Source of the DNA: Paraspadella gotoi
Taxonomy: Eukaryota; Animalia; Chaetognatha
Assembly (NCBI GenBank): GCA_051294375.1
Contig: JBJCIZ010001468.1
Coordinates: 1 to 6,874 of the forward strand
DNA: 6,874 nucleotides
Direction of reading: 5' to 3'
This document shows positions 1 to 6,874 of the stretch, piece after piece. The notes beneath the pieces were generated by a model. That model was not told where the DNA came from, did not search any database, and was given only the letters and a program-made list of their open reading frames with translations. The position numbers were made by a program, and so were the translations under genes. Positions within the stretch are counted from its first letter, which is position 1; each line of letters begins with the position of its first letter.

Positions 1-79
1 AAATATTATAACTCAAATCAATTATTTAAACAATTAATAAAAAACAATAATAATAAAATACTAAGCTAATAAATAAACA

Positions 80-359
80 TTATTTACCGTCCCAATCTGG
101 TTCCTCACTCTCCTCTCTCTTTATTCCCTTCAACACGTGCTCCCCCAACTTCACCATCTCTTGGTGCGCGTTCCATTCGCGCACCTCCAAATCACTCGCT
201 CCTACCAGGGCAAGGAATTCGCAAGAGACTGGAACCGAAGTCTCGATATTCCCCGCCCATTTCGAATGAATATGTGGTGATATTCTCTGCTTCAATCGCA
301 ACCCCCCAATTACGAAGTACGGATGGGGATCGAAGACGATCAACAATATAAAAGAAAAA
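80..359 (-). CDS. Downstream coding exon of the same gene (supplied ORF 80-346, which has no in-frame ATG near its start)
   Basis: Open frame from 359 to TAA at 82-80 with ~50% GC. Joined product reads ...KSDGQ-S-FSFILLIVFDPHPYF... and is 231 aa from ATG 840. A possible further donor G|GTAAAT at 87 means the gene may continue past the window. Confidence 0.6.
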
Positions 360-424
360 CTATTTTTTTATTTTTATTTAAAATGTGATATTATATTAAA
401 AATAATAATTCATTAAATTATCAC
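360..424 (-). other. Putative 65-nt GT-AG spliceosomal intron (phase 2)
   Basis: GTGATA...AAAAAAATAG with only 6 G/C in 65 nt. It uses the only minus-strand AG between the two ORFs, and its removal joins them in frame (AG+T = Ser). Confidence 0.6.
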
Positions 425-849
425 CTTTGCCCATCCGACTTTATCAGTCCTTTTAATGTCTTTCCCGGTTCGTCAATTATGTCCTGCTCCCCTGGGAGGA
501 CGCTGTCGTCCCAGACCCAGGTGCTCCCCTGGTGTCTGGGAGGAGTGAGGAAGGTGGCTATGGAGCAATCCCAATCCTCCATAGAGATTACTCCGAAAAG
601 TTTAGTTGGCCACAATGCCAGAATAGTTTTTAGTTTGTCTTGAGAAGGGAAACTAAAGTCGTATAGCCTCCCTACCTCTATCTCTTCTGTCTTATCAGCA
701 TCTTTTACCAATCCCAAAGACCAAGTCTTTGGGATTTTAAATTTTTCCGAGCGGACATAAACTGGGCGATCATATACATCCATACGCTGAAAATGTACAT
801 AAAATTTGGTATTAACGTATCTATTCATTAGGCGTTCCATTTTTGATAT
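425..849 (-). CDS. Coding exon of an uncharacterised spliced gene (supplied ORF 421-840)
   Basis: 139-codon ORF with a complex amino-acid composition, clearly GC-richer than its flanks. Ends at a plausible donor AG|GTGATA (G at 424). A candidate acceptor ATAATTAG| (851-850) lies three codons upstream of ATG 840, in phase 0. No family recognised. Confidence 0.65.
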
Positions 850-908
850 CTAATTATAAAGTAAAACTTAAAATAAATTTTTAATACAAAAATCTTCAAA
901 AATAAAAC

Positions 909-1183
909 AAATCCAATTTTCTTAAAAATGTATCTTAAGTCTTTGAAATAAATTCCCGCAATCCATAATATCCTAATAGCTACTTTTTTGTTGGTCTCAG
1001 AGTTCTCGGGATTAAATAAAAAAAAATTGTTTTCATAGGTAAATATTATAATAATAGTATATAAATGTGTAAACCTGTTAAAAATAATATTAATAATAAT
1101 ACAATTTATTTAAAAAAATCAAGAATTTACAGAAGGTGGCACAAGGTTTTGCAGATTATGTCTTTAAATATATCAAGGAATGA
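909..1183 (-). CDS. Speculative upstream exons (1183-1131 and 1074-909) of the same gene
   Basis: Candidate introns 1130-1075 (GTAAAT...TTTTAACAG, 56 nt, phase 2) and 908-850 (GTTTTA...AATTAG, 59 nt, phase 0) keep one open frame: SFLDIFKDIICKTLCHLL-FTHLYT...FKKIGF-ISKMERL. The sequence is AT-rich and no start codon was found. Confidence 0.25.
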
Positions 1184-1624
1184 CTAGATTAGGGAAAAAA
1201 TTATATTATGCATTACCATCAATTATGAAGAACAAATATATATGAAAATTGTATAACAACTATGCAAATTAATTTTTATTAATTAATTTACTATTCGCTC
1301 CTACTGGATTTTAAAAAAGGTTTATGTGTAAGTTAAAGCATTCTTATTCATAAGATATAAATATTGGCAAAACCAAGCAAGCTTTGATAAATACCATCAA
1401 ATTCTCAAAAAACAAATCATAATCGTTTTTGTTCAAATTAAACAATAAATAGAGCACAAAATTAGAATAAAATGACCGACTCGCTGACCAAACTTATTTT
1501 ATGAAAAGGCTTTACAATAATTTTGCGTCATTTTTTCCATACATCATTTTATGAAAGGAAAAAGGAAATAAAGTGAAAGAGAGAGCAAAAAGCCAGAAGC
1601 TATAACCCAGGGGATTTTTTGATG

Positions 1625-1671
1625 AGATCATCAAAAAAGTAAAAGAAAAAGATCATCAAGAAAGTAAAAGA
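1625..1671. repeat. 22-bp direct repeat, period 25
   Basis: AGATCATCAAAAAAGTAAAAGA (1625-1646) and AGATCATCAAGAAAGTAAAAGA (1650-1671), one mismatch. Confidence 0.85.
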
Positions 1672-1914
1672 GGGAATAGAATAACAAAAAAAAATTTATA
1701 GAAAAAAAGACTGACAGACCGACTATTAAACTTTATTATAGAATTTATATCTATCAGGTAATATATAAATAGGCTATTTAAAGTTAAAATAACTTAAAAA
1801 AAGGATAAGGATACAAAAAAGAATCATCTATTCAAGAATCAATGCCTATCCTAATAAAAAGTAAGGTTTAACTTTTTTAAATTTGTAACAATAAATAAAA
1901 CATTCATGTTACAC

Positions 1915-2290
1915 ATATCGGCCCTATTAGTTTTACGCGAGATGTTTTTTTTAAAGGCTTTTTGGTAAGTGTATCGCATTAGCCATACCAGGTAAGTTAG
2001 AATGAGATTCCCCCAAAAAATCAATATTGGAGGTCTCAGCTATCTGTAAACCAACCGGCATGCCTTTCCCCAAAAATGAAGCCTCCACCTAATATTACCA
2101 AAACCGTCTCTGGAGTAAGGCTCGAATTAGGCTTGGGGGAGAGGCGTTCATCCCGAGCCTCAACATAGCCGCGAGCCTCTCCTCTAAGCTCTAACACGGC
2201 GTCCTTTTATCACTGGTCCACTTGGAGGCGCGTTATCCACGATTCGGCTTGACGCCCATCCTGTCGAGCTTATTCCAACCTGAATTCTAA
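1915..2290 (-). pseudogene. GC-rich coding-like island (decayed gene/TE fragment, or coding under a TAA/TAG=Gln code)
   Basis: Roughly 50% GC against AT-rich flanks. The ORF track calls nothing here and all three minus-strand frames contain standard stops. One minus frame reads ...SLEERLAAMLRLGMNASPPSLIRALLQRRFW*Y*VEASFLGKGMPVGLQIAETSNIDFLGESHSNLPGMANAIHLPKSL*. Strand assignment is tentative. Confidence 0.3.
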
Positions 2291-2545
2291 CACACTCCTT
2301 AATGAAAATCTTTAATTAAAAATCTTAGTCAATTTCCAAGGCTCGTCAATTTGCTCTATCTTGAATCATTGACTACGGCACGATTGTAAAATTACAAGCC
2401 AATCTAGAATATTAACTAAATTTATATTAACAATTCTTGAAACTCCTTCAATATGTTGAATCCATTACAATCAAACAAATTTGAAGCAATACCATGTCGG
2501 CATCTGCCCACGATAATTTAGGCTGATAATCAGCTAAAATTATTA

Positions 2546-2786
2546 TTTTTTCAACTGCATTCATTTTTTTAAACTTGCTATCAAGTTTATTTAACTCGTC
2601 ATCATTTTTAACTCGCGCCATGCATTTTTTAAAACCCCATCATGTTTTTAACTCGCATCATCTCTTCAAATTGTCATTATTCTTTAACTTGCATCATCTA
2701 CCTTTCAAATCTCGCATCATTTCAATACTGCATCATTTTTTTAACTTGCATCATGTTTTTGTAAAATTGCATCATTTTTCTACTTA
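2546..2786. repeat. Degenerate minisatellite, ~12-13 units of ~18-21 bp, consensus TTTTTAACTYGCATCAT
   Basis: Units include TTTTTAACTCGCATCAT (2645-2661) and TTTAACTTGCATCAT (2683-2697 and 2740-2754). Explains the FNLHH-repeat ORF 2575-2787. Confidence 0.9.
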
Positions 2787-2870
2787 ATTACCGTTAATTA
2801 AGATAAATAATTAATAAAAACATTCATGGTAAGCATTAAATTAATAAAAATTCAAGTCGACTTTGACTTT

Positions 2871-2990
2871 GGTTTTGTTCTATTGCAACTCATTCCACTC
2901 CTCGATTCCAACAAAAACTTTAATATCCTGCCACAAATCACTATCACTTTGCTTACCACAGGAACAAAATTTTAATCCCATTCTATTCCA
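2871..2990. repeat. Solo copy of the C-rich repeat unit found at 5955-6874
   Basis: Colinear shared blocks with the copies at 6301 and 6615: aactcatt(tt)ccactc / attcca / aaacttta / aatcac / ctyaccaca / acaaa / tccca. Same orientation. Confidence 0.7.
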
Positions 2991-3110
2991 GTTCAATTAT
3001 GAATAAATCGATGGTTATTATGGATTAAAATTATTAAAAAGATTCAAATAAAGAGTGACGAGTATTTATGCTATTATCTATTTTATCACGAGTAATTGGA
3101 GTTTGTTGCT

Positions 3111-3308
3111 AGGGACGGACAGACAGAGGACAGGTAAAGACACATTACGGGCATACATTTTTTTGGTTTGCTGTTGAATTCTAACATTAATATGATTGTG
3201 ACTAAAAATATTTACCGACATGGATATGGTGTGAGACTGACGGACCGAAAAGTGAATTTAGAGTCGGAATCTGCCTGATAAAGCAGATCCGACTAAAAAA
3301 GAAAAAAA
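3111..3308 (-). mobile_element. Possible end of a non-autonomous Helentron/DINE-1-like element
   Basis: On the minus strand: a T-run, then a 12-bp GC-rich inverted repeat (3262-3274 / 3283-3294), then GTC-containing tetramer repeats at 3248-3235 and 3133-3114. Matches the DINE-1/HINE layout in architecture only; the other terminus was not found. Confidence 0.35.
3262..3294. repeat. Inverted repeat / hairpin
   Basis: AGTCGGA(A)TCTGC - CTGATAAA - GCAGATCCGACT: 12-bp stem, one bulged A, 8-nt loop. Confidence 0.9.
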
Positions 3309-4524
3309 GATAGACAGTTTGCTCAAAACTTGTTTATATTCTATTCCCTCTATAAATTTCTTAATATCTTCATACATTCTGCATGGAAAATTCACTTTAT
3401 GACCACAATGAAATGCAAAAAAAATATTGTTCTCATATCTTATTATATTTCTTCATCTTTTGAATTGTTATAGTATTTATATGTTGATATACAAAATATC
3501 AATGCAAAATCTTTTTTTGTCTTTTAGATTTATGACTGAATATGGGTGAAAGATTGATAAAATTTCTTTAAAAATGTTATTTACAGTATTTATTCTGATT
3601 AATAGTACCATATAGTTAGTGGTTAGGTTCTCACATAGATATAAAAATAAACCATTTGTTTATTAATTAGATTGGAAAGTATATCTAAGGCTTACGAAAT
3701 GTCATTCCGGATCGTTCTTTCAAATAATTTTTTTTTTTTTAAAAAGGATAATAAAAAAACAGAAAAACTCGGAATGCAGGTTGCCGGAAAAGCGTTACAG
3801 ATTAATCTGGGACATACTGAGACTGATAATCATGACTTCCTTTGTTTTATGTCTTATGAAATGGGGCACATTAAAAGGAAATCTTAAAATTGATCATTAA
3901 GTCAGTAAATGAACTTCTTTGTTACTTTTTTTCTTAAATTAAAATGAATTATTTAGAATAATAGAATTAGAGTTTCTTGTATAAAGGTTGATTTCTTAAA
4001 AAAAAAATCATTCAATACACTAATATAACTGATTGTATTGGCTTTGTCAGAATTATATATAGCCAGCAATGAATTTTTAAAAATCTCTTAAATATAAAAA
4101 CTAGCAGCGTGCAGCGTATCAAGTTCGTTTTCAGTTGACAGTAATGAAAAATGAAATATTTTGTTTACAGAACAAAAAAGGGTAGACATCCGGACTATTT
4201 AGTATCAAGCTGAAAATATTTTTATTTATTATTACCTTTTATTTACAAAATACCATTTATCACGCTACTACTTAATATTTTGTTTGTTTTTTATTAACTG
4301 AAAAATCATAAAGCAATCTTTGTATGGAATATAAGAAAATGATTGATAGTAATCAAAAATTAGAATTCAGTCTTTCCTCTTTAAATTATAAAAAGAACAA
4401 TGTTTGAGCAAGAACAATGTGGTATCGTGCCTACTATAATTTTAATTATTTGAATGTCATGAATTAATTACATTTAATATATTTAATTTAATTCAATTTT
4501 AATAAGTTATTAGTAATTTATATT

Positions 4525-4714
4525 TCATCTTGTTCTATCATCTATGTTCTTAAAAAATTGATTCATGGTGACAGAGTTATTAAATGTTTTTTTACGCATT
4601 TTATCAAAACAAACACAATTATTCCTCTCGATTATCGTGACCATGGTGGCCAAATCCCTTCCTGCTAGGATTCTTGATTCTTTAGCTTCCGGTTCACGCT
4701 TTTCAATCGAGCTT
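4525..4714 (-). CDS. Candidate isolated exon (62 open codons), not in the ORF track
   Basis: TTTCAG| acceptor at 4720-4715, followed by SSIEKREPEAKESRILAGRDLATMVTIIERNNCVCFDKMRKKTFNNSVTMNQFFKNIDDRTR-TGA (4527-4525). Locally raised GC. No phase-compatible upstream exon found. Confidence 0.25.
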
Positions 4715-4817
4715 CTGAAAGTTTATATCATAGTTATTTAAATTCATCATCATTAATATTCTATTTTTAATATTCGTTAATTACGAAACAAAACGTTGCT
4801 TTTAGATGATTTAGTTA

Positions 4818-4931
4818 TTCTTTCTCTCTCCTCTTTTAACACTATATGCTCTCTCTCTCTCTCTCTTTTCTGCCTTCACTGCTTCTTCATGCTAAAACTG
4901 ATTTCCGCTCCTCAGTCTCTTCCAGCTTCCT

Positions 4932-4965
<34 letters not shown>

Positions 4966-4982
4966 CTTCTTTTTTTTTTTTT
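4818..4982. repeat. Imperfect (CT)n microsatellite / polypyrimidine tract ending in poly-T
   Basis: CT runs at 4849-4866 and 4930-4970, followed by a T-run to 4982. Confidence 0.9.
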
Positions 4983-5146
4983 ACAAAAAAATTTTTTATA
5001 TATTAATGTGCCTCCACTAATTAAAAAACTAGTGTCCCGTAACAGTGTTCGTAACCCTGTTCCTGTTGGTAAGAATATCTCACTGTACGAGTCCCAGTTC
5101 CTCCATATGTACCTGCTTGATTCTTAATATGTAATGATTTCTTAAG

Positions 5147-5270
5147 CTCTCTCTCTCGCTCTCTCTTTAAATTATTATATATTGCTCTTTCTCTCTCTCG
5201 TTTTCTCTGCAGCTGGCGTCTCTCTCTCTTTTTTTCTTTCTTCTCTTCCCTCTCTGTCTCAATCTCTTGC
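5147..5270. repeat. Imperfect (CT)n tract
   Basis: Several interrupted ctctctct runs; source of the RE/K-rich part of ORF 5021-5296. Confidence 0.85.
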
Positions 5271-5415
5271 TGTGATCTTTTGTTTTTTGGAAACAATTCT
5301 GTTATTATTTTAATTTCTCCTTTCTAAAACTTTATTCACTTACATTTTATTCCCTCTTTTTATTTCAATACAAATATGCCCATAATTTTTCATCTATATT
5401 TTCGAGTGATTGTAT

Positions 5416-5462
5416 TCTCTTTCTTTCTTCTCTCTCTTCTCCTCTGCTTCTCTCTTTTCACT
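5416..5462. repeat. Polypyrimidine (CT/CTTT) tract
   Basis: Almost pure C/T on the + strand. Confidence 0.8.
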
Positions 5463-5492
5463 CATACACGCAGTTTTTGATTGTTTTATTGC

Positions 5493-5602
5493 ACTCATCA
5501 TCCATCAATGAATGTACATATCATCGTGCCATCATTAATTACTATCATCCACAATGCAGAATGACTATCATCCGTGCGATCATTATAATGTTTATTATCA
5601 TC
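5493..5602. repeat. Degenerate ~48-bp tandem duplication built from TATCATC subunits
   Basis: 5493-5540 (actcatcatccatcaatgaatgtacatatcatcgtgccatcattaatt) aligns with 5541-5589 (actatcatccacaatgcagaatgactatcatccgtgcgatcattataat); another tatcatc at 5596. Confidence 0.8.
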
Positions 5603-5796
5603 TGAATTCAATTATTCTAGATTCCTGCCATCTACATCAATAAAATTTACTATTACATCAATCCCAATTATTATTACCCTCAATCAATATATACATCTAT
5701 AATTCTTATCCATATTATCATTCGTTTTCTTCCCTTTTTTCATTAATTTTTCTTTGATTAGCTCTCTCGATCCTAGTCTAATATTCTTTTAACTTT

Positions 5797-5910
5797 ACTC
5801 TCTTCCTTCTTCCTCTCTCCACTCCTTCTCTCTCTCTCACTCTCTCTCCTCTCTCTCACTCTCTCTCTCTCTCTCATTTCTCTCTTCTCTCTCATCAGTC
5901 TCTTCTCTCT
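5797..5910. repeat. Imperfect (CT)n microsatellite
   Basis: Long interrupted CT tract; gives the RERERE portion of ORF 5773-5970. Confidence 0.9.
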
Positions 5911-5954
5911 TAGTATCGTACAATCAATATGATCCTTATGCTTTTCAAGTATTT

Positions 5955-6874
5955 TTTTAACTCTCATCATTTTTCAACTTCATTCCTTCTCAAAACATTA
6001 TATCTATGCTTCTTCACTCACTTTCCTACTGTCTCACAAAAATTTCAATCTCAAAATTCTATTCATGTTTAAAATACAATAAAAAATGATCAATTAAATT
6101 CTGATCATATTTTTTCATTTAAACTCATTTCCACTCTTACTTTCCACTAAACTTTATATCAAGCTTTGTTCACAACATTTTCCTACCCACACACAAAATT
6201 TCAACTCAATCTAATCCCACCTCCATACTTATATTAATTTATACTTACTTTATCTTGTCTTTAAAATAATTAAATAAATTTATTAAATTCTACTTATTTT
6301 TTCCACTTTAAACTAATTCCCACTCACACTTATTACATCTAAACTTTATAATCCATCTTTATACACACGTTCCTACTTACCACACAAAAGTTTAATTCCC
6401 ATCCAACCATGCCAATCACGTATTTTATTCGTATCTTCTAATATGACTCATACTGATTGATTATCTAATTAATTAAATTATTGCATAATTTGATTACTAA
6501 TTTGATTAATTAACTGATTAATTATTTATATTTATTAATACATCCTCATTATACATTAATATAAATAAAAATAATAATCATAATCAATTAGTGTAAAAAC
6601 ATGTTTTGTTTTCTTTCCATTTAAACTCATTTTCCACTCAAACCTATTCCATACGAAACTTTATTTCCTTTCAATCACCACCACCTCTCCCTCACCACAG
6701 TTACAAATTCCATCAATTCATCCCATCCACTCATATGCAGATATTTCCAATATATTAATATATTTTTTTCTTTTCCATCTTAAACTCTTTCCACTTTGAC
6801 GATTCATCTTAAAACGTTCATTATCCAGTCTCAATCACAACACCTTATCCTATTCCTTCATTTAAATCTTCTCA
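5955..6874. repeat. Degenerate array of ~5 C-rich units (~100-120 bp conserved block plus AT-rich spacer), running to the window edge
   Basis: Head motif like ttccatttaaactcatttccact at ~6115, 6301, 6615 and 6773, with a weaker-headed copy at ~5955-6060. Downstream shared blocks include aaacttta, tcctac and cacaaaa. Spacings are ~160, 186, 314 and 158 bp. Confidence 0.8.

Noticed and set aside
1988-1997. ACTTACCTGG on the minus strand, matching the U1 snRNA 5' end
   Set aside because: No U1-70K loop, U1A loop or Sm site follows; it is simply the complement of a CAG|GTAAGT donor consensus with no supported + strand exon.
2315-2365. Minus-strand peptide KIEQIDEPWKLTK resembling QDIIDEPGKTLK in ORF 421-840
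   Set aside because: Similarity does not extend on either side; likely coincidence.
2575-2787. ORF 2575-2787 (+), His-rich FNLHH repeats
   Set aside because: Coincides with the minisatellite, starts at TTG, and unit lengths vary; best explained as a repeat by-product.
1897-2828. AAAACATTCATG at 1897-1908 and 2817-2828 as a target-site duplication
   Set aside because: A 12-bp AT-rich match is expected by chance in 7 kb of such DNA, and no element termini lie inside it.
3262-3308. Hairpin as a rho-independent terminator
   Set aside because: No U-tract follows the stem on either strand (A-run follows on +, T-run precedes on -), and the context looks eukaryotic.
3672-3887. ORF 3672-3887 (+)
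   Set aside because: Short, TTG start, crosses poly-T/poly-A runs, no recognisable motif.
4393-4420. AAGAACAATGT direct repeat (4393-4403, 4410-4420)
   Set aside because: Real but tiny local duplication with no supporting context.
4796-5127. ORFs 4796-5020 and 4846-5127 (+)
   Set aside because: L/S/F-rich translations of CT microsatellite, which naturally lacks stop codons.
5021-5970. ORFs 5021-5296 and 5773-5970 (-) as stand-alone genes
   Set aside because: Dominated by (GA)n-derived RE/K runs; no in-frame splice model links them. Kept only as a hypothesis under strand asymmetry.
6300-6360. LRR-like peptide GL*SLDVISVSGN*FKVE on the minus strand
   Set aside because: Needs stop readthrough, and the LxxLxLxxN pattern is not kept in frame in the other repeat units.
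5955-6874. CRISPR array or spliced-leader RNA array
   Set aside because: Repeats are too long and divergent with irregular spacers and no cas genes; no match to nematode SL1 and no clear Sm site after the donor-like motif.

Overview
Very AT-rich DNA that looks eukaryotic (invertebrate or protist style). I see no operons, rRNA, tRNA, CRISPR array or recognisable gene family. The left end (80-849, minus strand) holds two GC-richer open frames that join in frame across a 65-nt AT-rich GT-AG intron, giving an unrecognised protein of at least 231 aa; further small exons may lie upstream. A second GC-rich island (~1915-2290) has no long standard-code ORF but sits in a 266-codon minus-strand frame broken only by TAA/TAG and never TGA, so a TAR=Gln code is possible but unproven. 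The rest is mostly repetitive: an ~18-21 bp minisatellite bracketed by palindromes, a DINE-1/Helentron-like hairpin with GACN microsatellite, four CT-rich tracts, and a degenerate ~160-185 bp C-rich repeat array at the right end with a solo copy 3 kb upstream. The two repeat families occur together twice with opposite copy numbers. Most of the other supplied ORFs look like by-products of repeats or low complexity. All alignments and counts were done by eye; no database searches were run.
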